This document shows positions 9,939-19,690 of a stretch of 23,950 nt of DNA, in pieces; position 1 is the first letter of the stretch, and each line of letters opens with the position of its first letter. The position numbers were made by a program, and so were the translations under genes. The stretch lies in assembly GCA_010093745.1 (NCBI GenBank), contig MU006018.1, positions 62,001 through 85,950 on the forward strand, given 5' to 3'. This stretch comes from Piedraia hortae CBS 480.64. Lineage: Eukaryota. The notes beneath the pieces were generated by a model, which saw only the letters and a list, made by a program, of their open reading frames with translations, did not search any database and was not told the DNA's origin.

Positions 9939-11893
9939 ATGTTACAGCCTGTGAGAGTTTTGCCTTCGAATGCTGCTCCCGGTCAAGTAGGGCAGATAGA
10001 ATACGCCGGCCCAGCCTATACTCCGAGACCCCTGCTGTATGGCAGACAGTGGCCGACCAGAGGAATAGATGAGCAGGTTGAGCAAAAGTCACGGAGCCTG
10101 TGGAAACGATTCGAGAGTTCGGAGTCTTACAAAAAGTATCGTAATCGGCAACACAAGGGCGATCAATCTGGACAGGAGCAGAAATGGCCGGATCAGCTGG
10201 AGCAGGCTTTCTTTCGGGGTAAGTCTGCGGCCTGTCGGGCCACCTGCAAAGACTGACAGCAGAAACAGCTTTGGTGAAGTATCCACCCATGGGGCGACGG
10301 AAGGCGCTGCACAAGGACAAACAACGCGGCCGCAACGAACTCATTGCGGACCACATATATGAGACCACAGGCGTCTCACGAACTCGCAAGCAGGTATCGT
10401 CTCATATTCAAGTGCTCAAGCCATTTGTAGAGCATGACCCGCAGATCATGAAATGGCTCTCCAAGGAGGACATGGGCATGCATTCATCCAGACGCATCAA
10501 ACCCTATACTTCTGGCCGCCGCATGTCCACCTACCCAAGCGCCCGAGGAACCGACCTTGCCACCGTGAGAAGGATTAAACATTATCTCGACATTTTTGAA
10601 CCCACCAGCTTCTCCATGTTTATCCAACGAGGTGAGCATCGCCTTCACACTTACTCACAGTCTCTCGATGCACCGTTGGGACCCGACCTCGTTGCGCCAA
10701 ATTGGCAGGTTGTTCAGGAAAAGCACCCGCAGCTCTACGCAATGCACTTTCAGCGGCCCTTGGACTGCAATATTCTCGTTGCAGACTGCTCACTCTCATT
10801 TCCCACCGAATCGTTCAAAGACACCCCCCTCTCGAGTGTAGAGCTGGGTATTTCTTTCGTCTTCGCCAGTCGAAGACTCGCCCCCTCCACCCACCTTCGA
10901 TGCAGAAATACCTTTTACCGCAACGGGCAGGTCGATGGTCTGGGGACCAGCCTCTTCGACGTCCCCATTCAGATCTACGAGGATGGGCTCTCGGCATCTA
11001 TGAAGTTTGGCTCGACTTTTTGGGCGCGCACGCTAGCCGAACTTGCTCCCCAGCGTGTCTGTGGCGATATTGAGTCTTCTATTCGTGGAATCTCTGTCGT
11101 ACAGGAGGTCGTTGTTATGGCAGGATCGCAGGGGGAAAGGATTTTGATCCTTGTGTGGCGCTTCCGCCCTTCTTCTTCTCTCACAGGTCGGGCAAGCTGG
11201 AGACGCCTTTGCCTGCCAAGTGAGGGCAACGAAAACCTTCCACCAGTCACATCTACACCGGGGCTCAAATCCCCGTTTAACTACGGTGCTGTTTCAGGTA
11301 CAGCCCCAACGTGGGATGGGAGCTTCGCCTCTACAATTCCAGACAATCCCAGCTTCGCTTGCACTCAGTCTCTACCCGATGAAGCTCTCGCTGCCTCTCT
11401 TCCTACTGGATCACTCGTCGATGGAAGCCTGCCAGAAGGCACTTTTGATAGCAATGCATATGATTTCACAGGCGGGACCATCAATCTCTCGTTTGCGGAT
11501 GGGGCCTTCCCAGAATGTGATGCCAACCAGATCAGTGGAGAGCTGGGGACGTTCAACTGGGAAAACGGGTATGGTCAATCCCAGGGTATTACTGACAGAG
11601 AGTTTGGCGTCGTGGGGTTTCCTCCAGCCTCGGTGTCTTTGGGGGCGAAAGAAGAATTCGTGGTTGGAGGCGCTGAGGGGGAGGTTGCTGCACGACCAAG
11701 GGAAGAGACGGTCTGTCCTGTGAGTGAGAATCTTGCCTTTGGGCACGAAGAGTCGGCATATGGCGAGATGCCCGTCTACGATCCCCAGCAGGGTGTAGGT
11801 GTTGGAATACTTCCGGTTGGATATGGGGATGAGCTTTCCGCTCTTGCCACCCTGGCGGACGCGAGTTACTGGACTCGACACATGATCAAATGA
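9939..11893 (+). CDS. abaA: TEA/ATTS-domain transcription factor (AbaA/Tec1 family), 634 aa; exons 9939-10218 and 10269-11893
   Basis: Intron 10219-10268 (GTAAGT...CTGAC...CAG, 50 nt) restores the TEA domain [24 protein letters not shown]...[31 protein letters not shown]. Family is certain; orthology to abaA is inferred. Confidence 0.88.
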
Positions 11894-12475
11894 TGAAATT
11901 TTTTCTTATAGGTTCTGGGCAAATAATCATAACCTTCTGAATCCAGCTAGCCATCCCGAATCGAGACAGTTCAGTTGGTGACTGCTTAACCTATCTAGTC
12001 CTCAGCGTCCATGTCTGGTGAGCACCAGAGTATCCTCGTTTGCATGATTATGACCCATGGCATCGGTTTGCAAGATTACATCGACTGACGTCTTGATTTC
12101 ATTTACATTCCGATGTGGGTTCGTGAAGATAAGAAACTCTCATATCGTTTCACCTCGTACCACAGAATGGCTCATGGTCGCACTGTAAGCTATCAAGAAA
12201 TTTTGGGAATCAAATGCTAACCTTGTGCGGACAAATTGTAGTACATGTTTGAATTCTTTAGCATAAGGTTACATATCATTCTTCCGCTGTGACGTTCACA
12301 AAGCACGTAAATGGTGGGATGAGCCTGTCAACAACCGAACAGTCGCCAGAGGTGAATGTGCGGGAACCGTTTGACGTCATGATGTCCTTCAATTTGGGAG
12401 TGACGCAGGACATGACTCGCGTGCGACTCATGCGACACTGACCTCGCCGTCCACAGTTGCAGCGATAACGGCACC

Positions 12476-13647
12476 ATGGCATCCTCGGACACGACGCCGC
12501 CAGTACATGATACGGAAAACAGACGATCGCGGCTGCCAAATCTGGCCGAAGTCTTGTCGCGCCGCACCGTCGCGCCCGTCGACCTCTTCAGCTTCTACAT
12601 TTACATGCGTGATGTCCAACACAGCGTCGATTACCTCGACTTCTGGTGAGTTGACGAGAAATGGGGCAGGTGAAAGGAGATCGTCTAATAGCGCAGGCTT
12701 GATGCCTCCCAGCACATGTCCCTTTGCCGGCATTACGTACGCGATCTGCGGCGCAGCGTTATGCTGGAGACGCCTGACCTCGAGAAATCTGTGGTCCCTA
12801 AGGGGTCATCGGAGATGCTGGAGAAGCCTCCGATAGAAACATGGCCGGATCCGTTGCCGGCCGATGCCGGAGAGGATCAGCGACTGTCTGCCTTCCTCCG
12901 CAACCACTCCCCCGACGAAAGTTCCGGCACCGACCAAGCGGCCGCGGATCCCAACAATCTTTCTCCAGCCCCATCTTCCCAGAATAACCGCCTTGGCAGT
13001 CCACGTCAAGCGGTGACCCGTGCGGATATCCGCGCGAGTGCTGAGCGCATCCTCTTCACCTGTCTAGTGCCCGGGGCTGAGCGGGAAATTGTTCTGCCGC
13101 AGGCTATGCTGAATAGCATAACGCATGCTATTGAACAGCAGGGCCGCGATGACCCCGAGGTCTTCGAGGCGGCTAAGGATTATGTTTTCCAGGCCATGGA
13201 ACGTGATGCTTTTCCTGGCTTCCTCCGCGCCAAAGCGCTGGGAAACCTCGTGGCACCCGACATGATGCTGCGTCTCATAATTGGTCTGCTATCCCTTTTT
13301 GCCGGGTTGTGGACAGCCTTTACCTTGATCTTCCGCGGCTGGGATCGACCTACGCGTTGCTGGCTAATATTGCCATTTGCTGTGGGCGTCTACTTTCTCG
13401 CCTCCCATCAGTACATGACTGACCCTCTAATGGCTTTTCTGGGTTACAGCGAATACACCCTTGGCCGATGGCATCGCATCCAAGAGCCGTTTGTCAAGTT
13501 AGTCCCTCTCCCGTTCCTCTTGGCAATGTGCTAACGTAAGAAAGGAAACTGCTCAAAAGGCGTGCATTTACATGTTTCGCATGGATACTTGCATTCACGG
13601 CCCTCTTGTGCTGCATCTTCATACTAGTCCCGAGCACAAGACTGTAA
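12476..13647 (+). CDS. RAX1: Rax1-like RGS-domain membrane polarity/bud-site protein, 357 aa; exons 12476-12645, 12697-13497, 13545-13647
   Basis: RLPNLAEVLSRRTVAPVDLFSFYIYMRDVQHSVDYLDFWLD and RDDPEVFEAAKDYVFQAMERDAFPGFL motifs, three C-terminal TM helices, ends VPSTRL*. Introns of 51 and 47 nt. Confidence 0.9.
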
Positions 13648-13799
13648 AGTACGACTTTGTTTTGACGGCGTTCAGGCGTTAGGCGAGGGTCGAATGATAC
13701 CACGGCGACGAATTAATTAGGTTTATTAGGTGCATTTTACCCCACCCAGTTTATCCTTACCCCATTTTATATCAGCTCCATCTCTCGCCTTGAACTTCA

Positions 13800-13885
13800 C
13801 CTATCAGATCTTTGCCTATCAGATGTGAAGAGGGACTTTGCCTATCAGATTGAAGACAGACCTGGCCTATCAGATGTGAAGAAGA
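13800..13885. repeat. Imperfect tandem repeat (~25-bp unit) carrying 4x CCTATCAGAT (reverse strand ATCTGATAGG, GATA motif)
   Basis: Exact CCTATCAGAT at 13800, 13815, 13841 and 13866. Units CTTTGCCTATCAGATGTGAAGAGGGA / CTTTGCCTATCAGATTGAAGACAGA / CCTGGCCTATCAGATGTGAAGAAGAG. Confidence 0.85.
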
Positions 13886-14327
13886 GGCTACGCTTGCGCT
13901 TTGCGCAAATAACCCAAGGGCCATGCGTGCTACAATGCTCACGTAGTTGCTGTACTGCAAAGCATGAGCATTATCGGCCCGTCGACAACGCGGTGATACG
14001 CAGACCGGATGGTTTGAGAACGGTGACGCCAACTATCTGGAACTGTTACGGCCTTTTTGAAGCTTCGTGCCACTGCAGCCCCAAAATGCATCATGACCTT
14101 ACCAAAGGTGACTTCGGTGATGGCTTCACGGGCTACGACTTCGTCACTGTGCGGAATGCAGTGCTCACACCCCGGGCCACGTAAGCTCTCATGTGGCAAA
14201 TTCCCCGGTTTGAAACTGCAGGCTTCCTTGGCCAAGGGAAGCCTTCCTCGGGAACTAGTGAGGCTGGCAGTGCTAGTATACTCTCAAAGCTGCCGCAGTG
14301 GAAGAGCTCCGCCAATCTCTCGTTCCC

Positions 14328-15252
14328 ATGGCTTCCTCCTTCAGAACAACCCAGCTAGGCGAACCCACGCTCCAATACCCGCCATCAGCAGAAACCAATT
14401 GCAAAACAGTATCGTGTGCCAAAGCGGCAGACGATCAATTGGCTTCGCCTAGCAAAGGATTTAAAGCTCGTTATGGGTTTCTGATGAGGGATGCCATCAT
14501 CGGCCTCGCCGATGGTCTCACTGTCCCGTTTGCGCTGACTGCAGGGCTGTCCTCATTGGGATCCACCCGACTGGTTGTCGTAGGTGGCTTGGCAGAGCTC
14601 TTTGCGGGAGCTATATCCATGGGACTGGGTGCATATCTGGCTGCCGTTCAAGAGAGACAGGTCTACCGTGTGGATGAGGCCAAGGAACGTGAAGAAATCA
14701 GGCTTCGTCCCCTTTCTGAAGAAGGGAAACTGTATAGAATGTTTCAATCGTATGGCATCTCCGAGGAAGACGCTCAGGGTGTGCTACACGCTCTAATGGA
14801 TGATAGCAATGCCTGGGTCAAGTAGGTGTTCCCCCGTCGACAAACTTTGAATTACGACTGATGGCTTTGAGGTTCATGATGGATTTTGGATTGAAATCCG
14901 AGGAACCTGACCCCAAAAAGGCTTGGATTGAAGGCCTTGTCATGGGAACGGCGTACTTTTTCGGTGAGATTTTAACGCCCCAAGCGTGAAGTTGCTAATC
15001 TCTTATTTAGGTGGACTGCTGCCCATGATCCCATATTTTGCCATTAAGGAAAACGTTACCCATGCGCTGTACGTCTCTATTGGTATAACGGCCGTCATCT
15101 TGGTTGCTTTTGGCTATGCCAAGGCAACGTTCGCGGGCTGCACAACTCGCGATCAGACATGGAGCGCCTTACACACTCTATTGGTTGGTACAGTGGCAGC
15201 AGGCGTGTCATATGGCATTGTGCGGGGAGTGAATTCTGCAATGTCTGGTTGA
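14328..15252 (+). CDS. CCC1: Vacuolar iron/manganese importer, Ccc1/VIT1 family, 275 aa; exons 14328-14821, 14872-14963, 15011-15252
   Basis: MRDAIIGLADGLTVPFALTAGLSSLG...GGLAELFAGAISMGLGAYLA signature, EREEI metal-binding region, FMMDF and GGLLPMIPYF motifs. Introns of 50 and 47 nt. Confidence 0.93.
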
Positions 15253-15363
15253 TGTGACAAAATCTCTTCGTAGAATTACTGTACCTTGGGTTGTGCGTTG
15301 CATCGCGCTTGGCAAATCTTGTTCCTCACACCAACGAGTAATGCAGATTCCCACACTTGTAAC

Positions 15364-16722
15364 ATGCTCGAGGCGATATTTTATACTCGTTTCCATCCCT
15401 TACTTGGTCGAAAAGTGATTCATCAAGTCCCGGATGGTTGCATCATCCCTTCTCAATCGCGACCACCACAAAGCCTTTTTACTTTCACCGATATATCCCC
15501 GTACCTAATCCCTCCCTATACTCTCTGCAACGCACCGCTTTCCTTCACCCATTCCCCGTACAGAGTGATTGGCTACCCCATCAGCATTGAAAAGGCACAC
15601 TATGAACGCAACCGCTTCACTTTCAATGTTGCCTTTGTTATAGACGAAAACGAAGATGCGCGAGTATGGGAGGCTATTGTGGCAAAAACGGCCTTCTTCT
15701 TCCGCGCACTTGAGGATGATGATAGTCTCTTACAGGGGGAAGAAAACCTAACAAATCTACCATGGGCAGGAGCAGAGGGCTATCCTGCCAGAGACGTGGG
15801 TGTGATTTTTCCCCTCCTCAAGTCAATATACGACAATTTGCTTGCATACGGCGAGACTTACTCTCGCGTTGATGATACTCATACACTTAATTTACGACTA
15901 CCACATTTACACAATTCAACAACAAAGGTTCGAGCATGGGACGTCCCGCTCTTGATCAGGCCATTGCCGACACAAGACCAGTGGGATTGGGATCTTGCTC
16001 TGCGAGCAACGTACAACCAAATCGACGGGGTTCAACATGTCCAGCGAATTGCAGAGAAGTCGAATGTAGATGCCAGGCTTGTCAAGAGGGTCGTAGCGGA
16101 ATTAGTCTTCAACGACAGAGCCATCCTCCTGGAGCATTTCCACTTCCAAGCAGTCTATGTGCCTACGAGAAAAATGGCATCTTTTGCGCGGAACCAAGGT
16201 TTGCTGGAAGAGTGTCAGAACTACGTCTCTGTTGGAGATAGCAGAACAGACAAGCCGGGAGCCGACTCTTTGATCGAAATGTACAGCTCGCTCTCACCAG
16301 GAACCACGCTCAATAACTGGGTGTTGGCCCACAAATCCCATGTTCATAGCATTGATGTCCGCCGCTTCGTCACATTTGGTGTGATCAAAGGCTTCCTAAG
16401 GCGAATTCAGAAGTTCCCCATGGCTATTGCCTCGGCAAACGGTACGGGAATTGCAGCAGGAACACAAGCAAGCGACCAAAGCAATGATGAGTATAATACA
16501 TCTTGGACGGTGGCCGCTTCTCGAACTACTGATCCAGTTGAACTTCCCGTGGGAAAAAATGGCAACAATGACAAGTTGGGAAGAGGTGAGAAAGTCAAGA
16601 TGAAGGTGGATGGGGAGCATTGTACAGATGAGATTTGTGTGAATGCAGGCGCGAGTGAAAGGAAACTGATGGAAGAAATTGATAGCGGACGATTTGGGGA
16701 GGTGGTTGTGCTGAAGAAGTAA
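15364..16722 (+). CDS. NPR2: Nitrogen permease regulator 2 (SEACIT/GATOR1 subunit), 452 aa, intronless
   Basis: MLEAIFYTRFHPLLGRKVIHQVP, YERNRFTFN, WDLALRATYNQIDGVQHVQRIA, FHFQAVY, IDVRRFVTFGVIKGFLRRIQKFP and DGEHCTDEIC motifs. Confidence 0.93.
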   Translation: MLEAIFYTRFHPLLGRKVIHQVPDGCIIPSQSRPPQSLFTFTDISPYLIPPYTLCNAPLSFTHSPYRVIGYPISIEKAHYERNRFTFNVAFVIDENEDARVWEAIVAKTAFFFRALEDDDSLLQGEENLTNLPWAGAEGYPARDVGVIFPLLKSIYDNLLAYGETYSRVDDTHTLNLRLPHLHNSTTKVRAWDVPLLIRPLPTQDQWDWDLALRATYNQIDGVQHVQRIAEKSNVDARLVKRVVAELVFNDRAILLEHFHFQAVYVPTRKMASFARNQGLLEECQNYVSVGDSRTDKPGADSLIEMYSSLSPGTTLNNWVLAHKSHVHSIDVRRFVTFGVIKGFLRRIQKFPMAIASANGTGIAAGTQASDQSNDEYNTSWTVAASRTTDPVELPVGKNGNNDKLGRGEKVKMKVDGEHCTDEICVNAGASERKLMEEIDSGRFGEVVVLKK

Positions 16723-16763
16723 CCTAACCCTACGGCGTTCACGTCACCCGTATCGGAGCTCCA

Positions 16764-18922
16764 ATGGCAACCGCAATGACTGCGGACTGGCAGTTTACGT
16801 GGGTACAGCGCCTTTTCACGCTGCTGACATTCTTTCAGCTCGGCCAGTCATTCTACATTCCCGGTAGGGCCATCGGCTCTGGCTAGGAACAGTGCTGATG
16901 AACCAGGCTGGTCAGTCAAATCGTACGTCGACAATGAAGCGATCCCGCTGTTTGTCAACAAGGTGTTTAGCGACAAGACGCAGATCCAGTATGCCTATGC
17001 CGAACTGCCGTTTGTGTGTCCGCCGTCGGGAAGGGCGCGGGCCGGTGGCCTGATGTCAGGCTCCAATGTGGCTCTTAATCTGGGTGAGGTGTTGCGTGGC
17101 GACCGCATTGTGCTGTCCGACTACGAACTGCAGATGGGTCAAGACGACGAGCTACACTATCTCTGCTCGCAAACAGTGGGTCGAGCAGGGCTACAGAAGG
17201 CCATCGAGGTGGTCAAGACCGGCTATATGGCCGAGTGGATTGTAGACAATCTTCCCGGCGCTACGAGCTTCGTATCGGCCAGCCAAGGCCGCAAATACTA
17301 CGTTGCTGGCTTCAAAATGGGCTATGAGGAACCGTCACTGGCGTCTGAACAGCCCAAGTACTTCTTGCACAACCATGTCACCCTTGTAATCCGTCACCGA
17401 CCTGCCCCAGGCAGAAGAGGCGAACGGGGCCAGCAGGTGGTTGTCGGCTTCGAGGTTTATCCAAAGTCGATCGCGGCAGAGGGCCGCAATGCGTCGGGGC
17501 TGCCGCCGCGGGTGGGCGGCGTTCAGCCCGGGTTGGAATTAAGGGAGACGGTCGGCCACAACGCCTCTTCTCCCGCCGTCTTAAGCATTCCCTACACCTA
17601 TAGTGTATACTTCCGCGCTGAGGAGGGCGTTGAATGGGCCAATAGATGGGATCTGTATTTTGAGAACCAAGACGATGCAAGCTCTATCCACTGGCTTGCT
17701 ATCATCAACTCGATTGTCCTTTCCGGCCTCCTGACGTCGGTCGTTGCTGTCATCCTCACACGCACTATTCGTGGAGACATCAGGGGCCACAAAGACGGAG
17801 AAGAGGTCAGGACAAGAAAACACGTGCCCAATAACAACTACGAAAAGACCAATCTTCTCGAGCAAGGCGAGGGGCTTGATCTTGTTTCAGACGAGGACCT
17901 CGCCGAGGACGTGGCCGGCTGGAAGCTGGTGCACACTGACGTCTTCCGCCCTCCGCAGCATGGACACCTTCTAGCTCCGCTCGTGGGTTCAGGCATGCAG
18001 TTGGTATGCATGGCCGCTGGGCTCGTGACGCTATCGTGTCTGGGCGTTTTGAACCCGTCGTTCCGTGGCGGCTTCGTCTCCGTTGGCGTAGCGTTATTCG
18101 TCCTCGCCGGCATCTTCTCCGGCTACTTCTCCGCCCGTCTTTTCCGCACCTTTGGTGGACAGAGATGGCAGCATAACGCAGTCGTCACCGCCGCCCTTTT
18201 TCCGGGCCTTTTGTTCGCTGCAATCTTCATTCTTAACCTCTTCGTTTGGGCCCAGGCTTCATCTACAGCAATCCCACTTGGGACGCTCTTTGCCCTCATT
18301 ACCCTGTGGCTTTTCATTCAGGTTCCTCTGGTGTACGCCGGCAGCTGGCTGGGATTTGAGTGGGCAGGCGCCTATACTCACCCCATCAAGGCAAACACAG
18401 TACCGCGGCAAACACCAGTCCAGCCGTGGTACGCCGGGTACATGCGTTCGATTCTCTTGGCGGGACTGGTACCATTTGCGGTCATCTTTGTCGAGCTAAT
18501 GTTTGTCTTTCGCAGCCTATGGCAAGACACGAGCGGATATTACTACGTCTTTGGCTACTTGGCCGTAGTGTCGGCCATTTTGATGCTTGCCGTTGCAGAG
18601 ACGACCATTATTGGCGTCTATGTTCAATTATGGTCCGAGGCAAGTCATTCCAACACTTCACAGACGGCGCTAACAAGAACAGAACTACCACTGGTGGTGG
18701 CAGTCTTTCTTTCTGGGCGGATCCTCCAGCATATGGATCCTGCTCTACTGCGTATATTACTATGCCAAGCACCTGCACATTACAGGTCTGGTATCTACTC
18801 TCTTATTCTCAGCATATAGCCTTCTGGCGTGCTTGGTGTATGGCTTACTCACTGGCACAGTCGGCTTTTTAACGGCCTATTCCTTTGTAAGACGCATATA
18901 TGGCGCAATCAAGGTGGACTAG
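16764..18922 (+). CDS. TMN3: Transmembrane 9 superfamily (nonaspanin, Emp70/Tmn3-like), ~690 aa; exons 16764-16863, 16907-18639, 18683-18922
   Basis: Signal peptide then FYIPGWSVKSY; LNLGEVLRGDRI, WIVDNLP, IHWLAIINS and GWKLVHTDVFRPP motifs. GC-AG intron 2 restores ENYHWWWQSF...IYGAIKVD*. The start could be ATG 16776. Subfamily assignment is inferred. Confidence 0.92.
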
Positions 18923-18973
18923 CGTGTATTCCATAATAGATTTTCTGTCTCAATTTTTCCCTGTCAACAACAC

Positions 18974-19639
18974 ATGGTTGAGAATATGGATATACTCCTA
19001 GGCCTGGGCATCTCGCTACCCATTGTGACCAGCAACGGTATATCCGTGGTGACGGGCGTTAGCCAGGGCGTGCGACAGCAACAGCGAGCCAATGCCGAGG
19101 AGAAGGAACGAATGCGCAAATTCCACATTGATGTCAGCACCGAAGACGGATCATTAGAGGGCATCGTGACTCTTCGCGATGGAAGGCTCTGGATCGAGAG
19201 CCAAACAAGTCACGTACATCCATTTACAGGTTTCTTCCTACCATACCCTTCTCCCTCGCCTCCCCATCCCCTCGGCATGGTCAGCACCATATCCGCCGAC
19301 CCTCCGCTCTTGAACTGGATCTACATTGATCGGGAAACCAACCAAGTTATGTACGGGAACAGAACAGCCAGTATTCAGCATATAGTTAATTTTGGGTACA
19401 ATGATGAGGGAAACGTGCTAGGCGGCGACGAGGCATGGGAAGGATTTGTTATTGTTGAAGATGAAATGGGAAAAGGAAAGTGGTCACTTTTTTTTGATAT
19501 CTCTGATGATAGGTTACGCCATCTCCCCAACCGCGGGAAAAGACGTACAAAGGAAGTATTTCTCAAAAGGAGGATGCTGGAAGATATTCCAGAGACGATT
19601 GGGGTAAAAACGGTGGGTAATATTGGTGTCTCAGGGTAA
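18974..19639 (+). CDS. Fungal hypothetical protein, ~221 aa
   Basis: Intronless ORF filling the gap between flanking genes; hydrophobic N-terminus; HPFTGFFLPYP...GMVSTISADPPLLNWIYIDRET...YGNR reads like a conserved fungal uncharacterised family. The start could be ATG 18986. Confidence 0.72.
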   Translation: MVENMDILLGLGISLPIVTSNGISVVTGVSQGVRQQQRANAEEKERMRKFHIDVSTEDGSLEGIVTLRDGRLWIESQTSHVHPFTGFFLPYPSPSPPHPLGMVSTISADPPLLNWIYIDRETNQVMYGNRTASIQHIVNFGYNDEGNVLGGDEAWEGFVIVEDEMGKGKWSLFFDISDDRLRHLPNRGKRRTKEVFLKRRMLEDIPETIGVKTVGNIGVSG

Positions 19640-19690
19640 GAAAAGTGTCGTTGTATGAATTACTGTTCTACCATTTCGTGCAAGCCATTT

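Noticed and set aside
12198..12207. Sm-site-like AAATTTTGGG suggesting an snRNA
   Set aside because: No U1/U2/U4/U5 conserved motifs nearby; it lies within a predicted intron.
13800..13885. Repeat-spacer appearance resembling a CRISPR array
   Set aside because: Eukaryotic context, 10-bp core with 5-16-bp related spacers and no cas genes; it is a degenerate tandem repeat.
13825..14235. Short ORFs (119, 98 aa) and a possible 41-nt intron 14181-14221 upstream of CCC1
   Set aside because: Mostly non-ATG starts and no recognisable protein; the intron lacks a CTRAY branch site and is shorter than all supported introns.
16720..16732. TAACCTAACCCTA telomere-repeat or telomerase-template-like sequence
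   Set aside because: Fewer than two perfect units, overlaps the NPR2 stop codon, and the 41-bp gap leaves no room for a telomerase RNA.
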